Source of the DNA: an uncultured Candidatus Saccharibacteria bacterium
GTDB taxonomy: Bacteria > Patescibacteriota > Minisyncoccia > Phycocordibacterales > EsbW-18
Reading direction: 5' to 3'
Length of the DNA: 64,000 nt
Assembly: GCA_964478705.1 (NCBI GenBank)
Contig: CAYZIR010000004.1
Location: forward strand, 2,905 to 66,904
In this document: piece after piece, positions 1 through 8,530 of the stretch
Layout: the number at the start of each line of letters is the position of its first letter
Position numbering within the stretch: position 1 is the first letter of the stretch
Program-made: the position numbers and the translations under genes
The notes under the pieces: generated by a model
The model's database searches: none
What the model was told of the DNA's origin: nothing
Seen by the model: only the letters and a program-made list of their open reading frames with translations

Positions 1-55
1 TGGGAGAGTTTCCACCCCAGACAATGCGCGCAGGCGCTTCTCTCGTGTCGTGCAT
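1..55 (-). CDS. N-terminus of a hypothetical protein running off the left edge (MHDTREAPARIVWGGNSP...)
   Basis: On the minus strand: AAGGAG (61-66) lies 5 nt before the ATG at 55, with a TTGCTC-17-TATGGT promoter upstream; the frame is open to the edge. Confidence 0.4.
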   Translation of the reverse strand, partial: MHDTREAPARIVWGGNSP

Positions 56-185
56 CGTGGCTCCTTATCGTTGGTGATCGATTCCGAAAGCACCATAGCA
101 AGAAGAAACCGCAAGAGCAAGGCGAAGCGATATATCTGTCCTTTGCTACCATTTTGTTGTAGGTTGTTTGTTGTAGGTTTGCATT

Positions 186-269
186 GGGCACGTGGCGAAA
201 TTGGTAGACGCGCTACGTTCAGGTCGTAGTTCCCGCAAGGGATTGGGAGTTCGAGTCTCCCCGTGCCCA
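186..269 (+). tRNA. tRNA-Leu(CAG), CCA not encoded
   Basis: Acceptor GGGCACG/CGTGCCC, D-loop TTGGTA, anticodon stem CTACG/CGTAG with loop TTCAGGT, long variable arm, T-loop GTTCGAGTC. Confidence 0.96.
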
Positions 270-351
270 CAAAATAACGAGTCAGAGGTGTATGTTTTCA
301 TCCATGACCCACAACATGGCTTGAGAGAAAGGTGATTGCTACACTACCTGC

Positions 352-1479
352 ATGAGAGCTTTTCTTGTCGAGCGGTTTCGCCGTATCACTGCGTCCTCTG
401 CATTCATGCCCGAAATCGACGGTCTGCGCTTCCTTGCGATTGCATGGGTTGTTCTTTTTCATATCAATATTTTTATTCTTGGGAAAGCACAGGCAGGACT
501 CTCAGCACTCGCAGAACGGTACGAACTCCTCTCACTCTTTCTTGGAAACGGTAGCCGTGGCGTCGAACTCTTTTTTGTCATCAGTGGGTTCATCCTTGCG
601 CTCCCATTCGCAAAACGTTTCATCGCTGGCGAACGTGTATTTAATCTCAAAGCATACTTTCTGCGTAGGCTCACGCGCCTTGAACCACCCTACATTTTCA
701 ACATGATCGTTGCGTTTATTGCGCTCATTGCAATCGGTCGGTACGCGTTTAACGATATTTTTACGAGTCTTCTCTCATCACTCGTATATCTCCACAACAT
801 TCTTCCTGTGGGTCCGGGCGTGAACGGTGTTGCGTGGTCGCTCGAAATTGAGGTGCAATTTTATATTCTTGCACCACTACTCGCGTGTGTCTTTTTCCTA
901 AAACGACCGCTTCGTATCGTGTGCATCATTCTGTCGATAGGTGCGTTACTTCTCGCACAACATTTCTATCTCCCCGCATTTTTGAGTTTGTACAATTATC
1001 TACAGTATTTTCTCATTGGTTTTTTGTTGGTTGATATGTATGTCATGAAGACAACGCTGTCACTTTCTCGGCCAGCGAGTTTCATGCTTGGCTTAGGATT
1101 GTTCGGCGTCATCTTTTTCGTTGATATGAGCACCGTCATGGGAGATGTGCTCTTTCTCGCGAGCGTATATTTGCTCTACTTGCTCGCTTTGACGAACGAC
1201 GTGTGGAAGCGCGTGTTTGGAACAACGTGGGTCACACTGATTGGTGGAATGTGCTACAGCATTTATCTCTGGCACTACATTGTTATTTCGTTTGTGGGTG
1301 GCAAAACGATTGCATGGGCGACCGACGGATATCTTTCAACGCTTTTGACGCAAGGACTACTGCTTTGTGGCAGTGTGCTTGCGGTTTCGTCCTTCTTCTA
1401 CCTGCTCATTGAACGACCGTGCATGGATAAGGAGTGGCCGATGAAACTCCGAGAGCGAATTCGAGGCTTGCTACACTAA
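352..1479 (+). CDS. Membrane acyltransferase (Acyl_transf_3/OafA family)
   Basis: IDGLR..A, GVELFFVISGF, RRLTRL.PPY, WSLEIEVQFY and YSIYLWH motifs; many TM helices. Confidence 0.9.
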   Translation: MRAFLVERFRRITASSAFMPEIDGLRFLAIAWVVLFHINIFILGKAQAGLSALAERYELLSLFLGNGSRGVELFFVISGFILALPFAKRFIAGERVFNLKAYFLRRLTRLEPPYIFNMIVAFIALIAIGRYAFNDIFTSLLSSLVYLHNILPVGPGVNGVAWSLEIEVQFYILAPLLACVFFLKRPLRIVCIILSIGALLLAQHFYLPAFLSLYNYLQYFLIGFLLVDMYVMKTTLSLSRPASFMLGLGLFGVIFFVDMSTVMGDVLFLASVYLLYLLALTNDVWKRVFGTTWVTLIGGMCYSIYLWHYIVISFVGGKTIAWATDGYLSTLLTQGLLLCGSVLAVSSFFYLLIERPCMDKEWPMKLRERIRGLLH

Positions 1480-1483
1480 TCAC

Positions 1484-2632
1484 ATGCATCGACTACTTCA
1501 TATCTTTAAACGATCCGTCGGGTACGAACCATTGGTGCGGGTGGTGATATCAAAAAGTGCACTTCTTCACAACATCGAATATTTTGCACGGAAAGTACCG
1601 AACGCAAAGCTTGCTCCGGTGTTGAAAAGCAACGCATACGGACACGGACTAATCGAGGTCGCAACGATTCTCAACAATCGACCGGAAATTGAATTCCTTG
1701 TCGTTGATTCGCTCTACGAAGCCCGTGTACTTCGTGCGGAAGGTGTTGCAACAAAGATTCTCATTCTTGGGTACGTCCGGCCTGAGGATATTGTTCGTGC
1801 ATCGAAAGAATTCAAGGATGTTTCTTTTACGGTAATTTCCCTCGAACACGCAAAAGAACTTCTCTCCCGCATCTCGCACCACACATCTCGTATCGTACTT
1901 CACCTCAAAGTCGACACCGGCATGCATCGACAAGGTGTCTCACTCGGGGAGCTTCCCGAAGCGCTTACGCTCATCAAAGAAAATAACACTATCTTTCTTG
2001 AAGGCCTGTGTACGCATCTCTCTGATGCGGATGGTGATGATCCGACATTCACGAGAGGGCAGATTGCACTGTGGAACAAAGCGAGGAGCATTTCGGACAT
2101 TGTGTATGGCAACATTCCGTACTATCACGTCGCAGCGACCAAAGGATTTCCGTTTGCAGATGAGATTAACGCAAATGTGTTCCGGTTAGGCATTGGGCAA
2201 CACGGCGTTTCTCCCTCGAAGGGTGAGAATGATTTCATCCCTGCACTCTTGCTCGAAACAGAAATTGCATCACTACGCACCATCAAACCCGGTGACTCGG
2301 TTGGCTACAATAATACTTTTGTTGCAACGAAGCATATGACCATCGCAACGGTGCCTGTTGGTTACTTTGAAGGTGTCGATCGCCGACTCTCGAACAAGGG
2401 CTCAATGCGTGTGCGAGGAATTGAGTGTCCAATCATCGGACGGGTTTCGATGAATATGTGTTCGATTGACGTTTCTCATGTTCCCGATGTGAAAGCAGGG
2501 GAGCACGTCATCGCTATTTCGAATGATCGACATGCATCAAATTGTGTTGAACGCATCGCTGAACTTTGCGAAACCATCCCCTACGATATTCTCGTGCACA
2601 TTCCATCGCATTTAAAGCGCGTTGTGGTATAG
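1484..2632 (+). CDS. alr: Alanine racemase
   Basis: VLKSNAYGHG PLP-lysine motif, HLKVDTGMHRQG, GRVSMN, TIPYDIL. Confidence 0.93.
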   Translation: MHRLLHIFKRSVGYEPLVRVVISKSALLHNIEYFARKVPNAKLAPVLKSNAYGHGLIEVATILNNRPEIEFLVVDSLYEARVLRAEGVATKILILGYVRPEDIVRASKEFKDVSFTVISLEHAKELLSRISHHTSRIVLHLKVDTGMHRQGVSLGELPEALTLIKENNTIFLEGLCTHLSDADGDDPTFTRGQIALWNKARSISDIVYGNIPYYHVAATKGFPFADEINANVFRLGIGQHGVSPSKGENDFIPALLLETEIASLRTIKPGDSVGYNNTFVATKHMTIATVPVGYFEGVDRRLSNKGSMRVRGIECPIIGRVSMNMCSIDVSHVPDVKAGEHVIAISNDRHASNCVERIAELCETIPYDILVHIPSHLKRVVV

Positions 2633-2677
2633 TCTCTCCGGGTAATACTGAACATAACACACACGGGAACGGAGGAG

Positions 2678-3547
2678 ATGATGCTCGCGCCTGCAATGGT
2701 AGGACAGACGGACGCGTCGACTCAGCTCGAGCCGACGCGGAAATTCGAATATGGAGGGGTGCATGTGCACCTCTTCGGGAAGGGAGCCCCGCTTCGTCGG
2801 ACGATGGACATGGAGACACAGAGGATGCTCGCACTCCATGTTGTCGGAAAGGGAGTAGGGAACATTTTTGCCATCAATGGGCAGGAATTCAACGCAAAGG
2901 TGATTCGACCTCTGCCCGTTCACTATCGAAGTGAAAAGGGTTTTGGTGGGCACAGCATCCATCATTCACTGAATTTTTTCTTCGGTGCGCTGGCCGATGG
3001 AATCGTCGGACTGACTGACGGTGATGGTTTTTTCTATCGCACCGCTGACTGTCCGACCGTGCTCATCACGAATGGAGACATCTTCAGTGCTCTCCATGCG
3101 GGGAAGGACTCTCTCATCGACAAGAACTGGGATTCCAGATCTTGTCGCCCAAGCGTCATTCAAAACGGTATTTGGGTGATGAACGCTGACCCAAGTGAGA
3201 TGTCAGCTTTCATTCTTTGCGGGATCGGACCGAGTAGTTACCACTGCACGGACGACCATCCGCGGTATGGCCCAAAAAACCGGCAGTTGCGAGAGATGGT
3301 CGCGAGGCGGTATGGTTCACGATGTATTCGCGAGACGCGAGAAGGTCCGTCGTTGTCGCTTCCTGACCTCATCTCATCGGAGTTGCTCCGTTGTGGTCTC
3401 AGGGAAGATAGGATTTTCTACGACGACATCGACACCGCAAGAGAACTCGCTCCGGACGGCGTGAGTCATCTCTGGGCGAGTGCACACCGAGGCGATCGCG
3501 ATCGAAACGGTATTCTCGTATTTCGTCCGAGACGAAGTGTTCGGTAG
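2678..3547 (+). CDS. Divergent YfiH/PgeF (DUF152, polyphenol oxidase/purine nucleoside phosphorylase-like) protein
   Basis: ADG..TD, TADCPTV, ALHAG, GIGP, and C-terminal S.HRG..DRNG motifs. Confidence 0.7.
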   Translation: MMLAPAMVGQTDASTQLEPTRKFEYGGVHVHLFGKGAPLRRTMDMETQRMLALHVVGKGVGNIFAINGQEFNAKVIRPLPVHYRSEKGFGGHSIHHSLNFFFGALADGIVGLTDGDGFFYRTADCPTVLITNGDIFSALHAGKDSLIDKNWDSRSCRPSVIQNGIWVMNADPSEMSAFILCGIGPSSYHCTDDHPRYGPKNRQLREMVARRYGSRCIRETREGPSLSLPDLISSELLRCGLREDRIFYDDIDTARELAPDGVSHLWASAHRGDRDRNGILVFRPRRSVR

Positions 3548-3556
3548 TGTTCTTTT

Positions 3557-3587
3557 GGCTCCGCCATGCGAATGGTGGAGCTTTTTT
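3557..3587 (+). terminator. Intrinsic terminator
   Basis: GGCTCCGCCAT/ATGGTGGAGCT hairpin followed by a T-run. Confidence 0.7.
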
Positions 3588-4998
3588 ATGCAGGAAATTT
3601 TTCTTCGCAGAGCTTTGGAATCGATGCGATGAGTCCTCCAAGATTCCCTGATGTGAGGAGTAACACCACATCGTTTGGGGTGAGTATCTGTTGTAATGCG
3701 CTCAACCCGCTCTGTTCATCATGTATCGCGTGGGCGGGCACAGAACCTCTATTCGCTTCCGCAAGAATTTCTTCGTGGCTCACCTGCTCGGTCTGGGGGC
3801 TTGGTGGGCGCGGTGGGTAGATGAACACGTGCTCTGCACCTTCAAAAACATCGCGATACCAATGCAGTGTCGCTCGGTTTCTCCAGCTGAATGTATATGG
3901 TTCAAATACAACCACGAGGCGTCGATTGGGGAAATGTGTTCGTAGTGCAGAAATTGCTGACCGTGCTTTGTCGTATGACGAACCAAACCCTTCATAAACG
4001 AGTACCGAAGAATGTGCCGTTTTTTTATCGAGTCGTCGTTCTACTCCTTTGAATGAAAGCACACCATTCGCAAATTCTTCTGGCGTGAGGATGTTTTTAC
4101 CGATGAGCATCGAAGCAGCGCCGATGATGTTTTGAATGTTGTGGTTGCCTAAGAGTGTTGTTGAAAGCGCACAGACAGGTTCTCCGTCACGCGTGAGCGT
4201 AAACGTTGATTGTTCGCTGTGGACGATATCGCGAGCCGACCATCGCGGATTGGTGTGCGTATCGAGTCCATACGTTTCCGCGTGTGATTGATATGGTTCG
4301 ATGAGTTCTTTCACATGAGGGTTGTCGGTGCACGCTGAAATTGTTCCATCCTGCGGTACACGAGCGAGGAGTTGTGCAAAGGCGTTTTGGAAGTCTTCTG
4401 GCGTTTTGAAGATATCGACGTGGTCATGCTCTGCTGATATGAAAACCGCATTCGATGTTTTGAAAAATAAAAACTTTGATCGATGGTCGAGTCCTGAGTT
4501 AATGTATTCGTCGCCTTCGATGACAAAATACCTTCCGGTTCCCGCATGTGCTGGCGCACTTTTATCAACGGGTAGTGCACCAATGAAATAGCTCGGGTCT
4601 TTGCCTGCAGACATAAGACAGTGTGCAATAAGCGCGGTCATCGTTGATTTTCCATAGCTTCCCGCAACCACAATGGTCTCTGATTCTTTTGAGAGCTCAC
4701 CGAGCACTTCTGCAAACGTGCGCACCGGAATGCCGAGCTCAATCGCACGAGATATTTCAGGGTTGTCGGCAGGATTCGACTTCGCACTTCCGCCCACAAC
4801 AACAAACTCGGTGTCAGTAGTTACATTGTCAGCAGAATATGTGTGCCCGACCTGAAACCCTTGTGTGGTGATGTAGTCGGAAATAGGAGGATAGAAGACC
4901 GCGTCAGTGCCCGTGACGTTGTATCCGCGTTCCTTGAGAATTGTTGCAACAGCGCTCATGCCCGCACCGCAGATACCGCTCATGTGTACTTTTTTCAT
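3586..4998 (-). CDS. Mur ligase, Mpl/MurC family
   Basis: GICGAGMS Rossmann start, VAGSYGKST P-loop, VIEGDEY, DHVD, G.HN..N, FKGVERRL. Start set to MKKVH, 7 nt after a TGcTACAAT. Confidence 0.85.
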   Translation of the reverse strand: MKKVHMSGICGAGMSAVATILKERGYNVTGTDAVFYPPISDYITTQGFQVGHTYSADNVTTDTEFVVVGGSAKSNPADNPEISRAIELGIPVRTFAEVLGELSKESETIVVAGSYGKSTMTALIAHCLMSAGKDPSYFIGALPVDKSAPAHAGTGRYFVIEGDEYINSGLDHRSKFLFFKTSNAVFISAEHDHVDIFKTPEDFQNAFAQLLARVPQDGTISACTDNPHVKELIEPYQSHAETYGLDTHTNPRWSARDIVHSEQSTFTLTRDGEPVCALSTTLLGNHNIQNIIGAASMLIGKNILTPEEFANGVLSFKGVERRLDKKTAHSSVLVYEGFGSSYDKARSAISALRTHFPNRRLVVVFEPYTFSWRNRATLHWYRDVFEGAEHVFIYPPRPPSPQTEQVSHEEILAEANRGSVPAHAIHDEQSGLSALQQILTPNDVVLLLTSGNLGGLIASIPKLCEEKFPA

Positions 4999-5119
4999 CA
5001 GAAGGATTGTAGCACGTGTCGTTGATGAATCGTTGTGTGCGTTGTTAAAAGCATTTTTATACTGTATAAACAAGCGGGTTTGTTCAGCACGACACTACAT
5101 ACTCGAAAGGGGAGTCTGC

Positions 5120-5803
5120 GTGAAGAAAGAAGGGTTTGCGTATCGGATGGCTTGGAGTACAACATCATGGTGGGGGAAAGTATCTCTCCTCATCGTGTCG
5201 GTCTTCCACTTTCCGGCCGTACTTTCCTCAGAGGGGAAGACGAGCGCGGTTGCGGGATTGACGAGTACCGCGCACAGCATCGCTGGTACGGCGAAAAAGA
5301 AAATCAAACGGTACGCTCGCGAACTGTACCCACTTGTGTACCTTCTCCTGCCGATACTCGCATGGGCGGTGCTCGGGTTTCTGTGCCTTTGTATTTCCTT
5401 CGTCGGCGGACGTTTGCTCTATCGATGGCACAAGATGCTGACCGCCGAACAGTGCGACATCGGTCAGAGTTCACTCCATTCGCTCTGGGGCGATGACAAG
5501 GCACTCCTCCTGATTTCTCTCGGGATGGATCGTTTGTCGTCGAACGCCCTTCACACCGCAGGACTGCTTGCGATTGCCAAAGCGGAGATCTATCGCACGC
5601 GTGGGTACACGTCCTCGGCTCATGAATGGGCGAGTCGTGCGTATTCCTATGCACAAAGTGCAGAGCGCGCGGGACAAAAAAAGCAGGCGATTCGTATTTA
5701 TCGGAAATGCGCTCCGTTCGTTGGACATGACGCTATTGTTCGCGCCGAGATGCTTGCCTCAGAGCTCGGTGTGCATGACCAACAACTGAAGATGAGTGCG
5801 TGA
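5120..5803 (+). CDS. Hypothetical membrane protein with a helical (TPR-like) C-terminus
   Basis: GAAAGGGGAG precedes GTG 5120; hydrophobic segments; terminator at 5810-5834. Confidence 0.55.
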   Translation: MKKEGFAYRMAWSTTSWWGKVSLLIVSVFHFPAVLSSEGKTSAVAGLTSTAHSIAGTAKKKIKRYARELYPLVYLLLPILAWAVLGFLCLCISFVGGRLLYRWHKMLTAEQCDIGQSSLHSLWGDDKALLLISLGMDRLSSNALHTAGLLAIAKAEIYRTRGYTSSAHEWASRAYSYAQSAERAGQKKQAIRIYRKCAPFVGHDAIVRAEMLASELGVHDQQLKMSA

Positions 5804-5809
5804 TGTAGC

Positions 5810-5871
5810 GCCCGACCAAAAGGTCGGGCTTTTTGTATGAAAAAGCGCCGTCCCGAAGTGCGGGACGGCGC
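5810..5871. terminator. Two back-to-back intrinsic terminators for convergent genes
   Basis: GCCCGACC/GGTCGGGC plus T5 (+); GCGCCGTCCCG/CGGGACGGCGC preceded by A5 (-). Confidence 0.75.
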
Positions 5872-5891
5872 GGTGGCGTGGACGACGAGGG

Positions 5892-6551
5892 CTAGAAGCT
5901 CAGACTATAGGACGCCCCAAACCAGATCGTTGCCTGAAACTCGTCGCTCATGCCGGTGATTCTGTCGAACCCCGGCATACCAGCAACACCCTGGAATCTG
6001 GTCCGGCCGTTGTTCAGGCTCAGGCCAAGGTGGTGTCCAAAGAGCCGTTGCTCGGGCAAGATGTAGGAGTAGCGCAAGTGGACATCCCCGTAGTCGTGGA
6101 TATCCCGTAGCGAAGCGGTCGCTCCCGCGCAGATTCCCTGGTCGTCCGGACGGAAACAGTAGTCGAAGCTCACACGCTCCGCACAACTGTCGAACAACTT
6201 CCCTTCGAAACAACCCTTGGTGTAGATGGCGAGGACGGAACCTCTCTTCGTCACGCGGACCTCCTCACCAAGATGGTACGCCCACCAGGAACCCTCGGTC
6301 TGGCCAGTCTTTTCGGCGGGCCCTCCGGCTCCGCCGAAGAACGTCTGGGTTCGCGAAGTGGTGTGTTTTACACCCGCTCCGATTCCGGGAGTGGGCTCGT
6401 ACCCCGCACCCATCCCGTAGGAGACGGACACGTCGATTCCGAAACCGCGCTGAGCCCAGAATTGCTCCTGCGCCTTGGCCGGCGACGTGCTGCCGATCGA
6501 CAGGAGTGCGAGGGCAACGAGGATTGCTGCGAGAATCTTGGTTCGAGACAT
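5892..6551 (-). CDS. Secreted hypothetical protein, beta-strand rich, ending in Phe
   Basis: Signal peptide ending AKA; SD GAAAGGAG; TTGACG-17-TAGAGT promoter; C-terminus GASYSLSF. Confidence 0.7.
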   Translation of the reverse strand: MSRTKILAAILVALALLSIGSTSPAKAQEQFWAQRGFGIDVSVSYGMGAGYEPTPGIGAGVKHTTSRTQTFFGGAGGPAEKTGQTEGSWWAYHLGEEVRVTKRGSVLAIYTKGCFEGKLFDSCAERVSFDYCFRPDDQGICAGATASLRDIHDYGDVHLRYSYILPEQRLFGHHLGLSLNNGRTRFQGVAGMPGFDRITGMSDEFQATIWFGASYSLSF

Positions 6552-6670
6552 GAGGCGCTCCTTTCAAGAGCTCTGCTGTGTTTGTGTTCTATCCTGTCGA
6601 GTACTCTACACATCTTTTGACGCACCGTCAAGCAGATTGCTTTTTAACACTCCGACGCTACACTGCTTCT

Positions 6671-7279
6671 ATGAATAGAGAAGTTGTGTCGTACCGCCAG
6701 CTTTTTTGGGCGCTTTTCATCCTCGTTGCTATTGCAGTGGGTTTGTTTTTTTTCATCCACGAACAGAGGCTCAATAGGCTGTATGAAACAGAGGTTTCTT
6801 CTCGAACATCAGGGAATAATCCAGTCTGCTACCCGAACGACTCATCACGGGTTTCATCAGAAATAGCAACGTCTACAGCAGAAGGTGTCTATGTAATTGC
6901 ATATAAACGACCAGCATCGTGGTACGTTGAGGAGAACCCTCACTACATACCGAGCGAAAGCTTTAACTGTGGCGTTTTCTCAGGATTCGTTGAGGTCTCT
7001 GGACCATCTGACATGCATGGAAAACTTGAGGAGCGAAAAGATTTTGAGCCGGGAGAGGAAACAATAGAAGTGCTTTCAATAAACGATGTATCTGTTACTA
7101 AGCGAACTGTTATTCATGAACAGAGATCAGATGCTCGTTATGTTTCCTATGATTTTTATCTCGAAGATCTTACGGTTCATTTCTCTTTACACGTTTACAC
7201 CTATCGTGAAGAGGATGCATCACTATTAGACGAGCTTGCGCACAGTGTGGTAATTTCATTCACTCCACATTCAATATAA
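6671..7279 (+). CDS. Hypothetical protein with an N-terminal membrane anchor
   Basis: Single TM helix then a soluble domain; TACACT 6 nt before ATG 6671. Confidence 0.65.
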   Translation: MNREVVSYRQLFWALFILVAIAVGLFFFIHEQRLNRLYETEVSSRTSGNNPVCYPNDSSRVSSEIATSTAEGVYVIAYKRPASWYVEENPHYIPSESFNCGVFSGFVEVSGPSDMHGKLEERKDFEPGEETIEVLSINDVSVTKRTVIHEQRSDARYVSYDFYLEDLTVHFSLHVYTYREEDASLLDELAHSVVISFTPHSI

Positions 7280-7285
7280 TTTTCT

Positions 7286-7972
7286 ATGCAGAGTGCAACT
7301 CTCTACGTCGTCGGAACACCAATCGGCAATCTTGAAGATGTTACGCATCGCGCCGTTCGCATTCTCAAAGAAGTGAACGTTATTTTCTGTGAAGACACCC
7401 GTGTCACCAAGCGCCTCTGTGAAAAATATGGCATTGAGACCCGATTGATGTCGTTGAATGCGCGCACCGAGCGTGGTAAGGCAAAATTGGTCGCAGTGAT
7501 TCTCTCAGAAGGGAAGGATGTTGCGCTGGTCTCTGACGCAGGAACGCCGGGTATCTCAGACCCAGGGAGTTTTGTCGTGCAGTACGTCCGTGAAGAAATG
7601 CCGGACTCTCCAATCGTTGCGATTCCCGGACCATCAGCACTCACCGCAGCACTTTCAATCGCGGGCATCACCGAAACAGAATTTTTGTTCCTCGGATTCC
7701 TTCCGCACAAGAAAGGTCGGCAGACACTGCATAAAGAAATCGCGGAAACAGAGCGCGCAGTCGTGATGTATGAGTCTCCACACCGCATCATGAAACTTTT
7801 GGGAGAGTTACAGGAGTTTGGCTCGGCGGATCGAAAAGTTTCAATTGCACGCGAGCTCACAAAAATTTATGAGGAGATGGTCTCCGGAACGCCCGCAGAG
7901 CTTTTGAACTATTTTGAATCGAATACAGAAAAAGAGAGAGGAGAGTTTGTGGTGATTGTGCATCCGAAATAA
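7286..7972 (+). CDS. rsmI: 16S rRNA (cytidine1402-2'-O)-methyltransferase
   Basis: LYVVGTPIGNLED, EDTRVT, LVSDAGTPGISDPG, YESPHR, RELTKIYEE, GEFVV. Confidence 0.96.
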   Translation: MQSATLYVVGTPIGNLEDVTHRAVRILKEVNVIFCEDTRVTKRLCEKYGIETRLMSLNARTERGKAKLVAVILSEGKDVALVSDAGTPGISDPGSFVVQYVREEMPDSPIVAIPGPSALTAALSIAGITETEFLFLGFLPHKKGRQTLHKEIAETERAVVMYESPHRIMKLLGELQEFGSADRKVSIARELTKIYEEMVSGTPAELLNYFESNTEKERGEFVVIVHPK

Positions 7973-8045
7973 AGAATACGTTGTTTTGACCTCGACTCGG
8001 ACGTTGTGAAAACAGGCTTTCACACGCTCCTCGCTCGTCAAAATA

Positions 8046-8076
8046 AAAAACGGCTCCGTGTGGGACACGGAGCCGT
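8046..8076 (-). terminator. Intrinsic terminator
   Basis: ACGGCTCCGTGT/ACACGGAGCCGT stem with an A-run on its left (U-tract on minus). Confidence 0.75.
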
Positions 8077-8156
8077 GGTTCTTCGGCGGGACGAGGTCGG
8101 TCAGGAGCCTCGCTTGTGGGATACCTATCGGACGGTGCCGAGAGGTAGATACTGGA

Positions 8157-8402
8157 TCACCCCCTCTCCGCCGTGGAGAGGTTAGGTTTGCTGTTTGCGT
8201 TCATGGGCGATCCTCCTTCTGTTGTTGGGCGTGGCGGGAGTGCCACGACATCGTGAAAATCGCGCTGAATCTTCCGAAGGACGTCTTCGTCAGAAAGACC
8301 CTGTCGTCGATAGTAGTCGACGAAATAGCGTATCAACTCCTCACGACCTCTTTTTTCGGGCGGTTTTCCTAAACGAATTCCGAGACGCACGAAGCCTCCC
8401 AT
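8157..8402 (-). CDS. Small hypothetical protein (81 aa) containing an internal SD-led 15-codon ORF at 8157-8204
   Basis: Open frame from ATG 8402; in-frame ATG at 8204 preceded by AAGGAGG. Confidence 0.4.
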   Translation of the reverse strand: MGGFVRLGIRLGKPPEKRGREELIRYFVDYYRRQGLSDEDVLRKIQRDFHDVVALPPRPTTEGGSPMNANSKPNLSTAERG

Positions 8403-8530
8403 GTATGATGAACATCCTGCTTTGCACTGTATCACCACGACAGAGACTAGGCCATACCCACACGTTTTTTCCGTGCACCCCATTGGCATTGTGTACACTC
8501 TCTGTATACTGGAGCAACAGCAATCATCGT

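Noticed and set aside
8157-8204. tmRNA tag reading frame (AN... peptide)
   Set aside because: No tRNA-like domain, and the peptide does not end in the usual hydrophobic-Ala-Ala.
8195-8530. Long N-terminal extensions in the ORF track (e.g. starts at 8195, 4907, 20611, 28040, 37596, 45551, 49360, 57487)
   Set aside because: They overlap neighbouring genes or RNAs; downstream ATGs fit the family starts and promoter spacing better.
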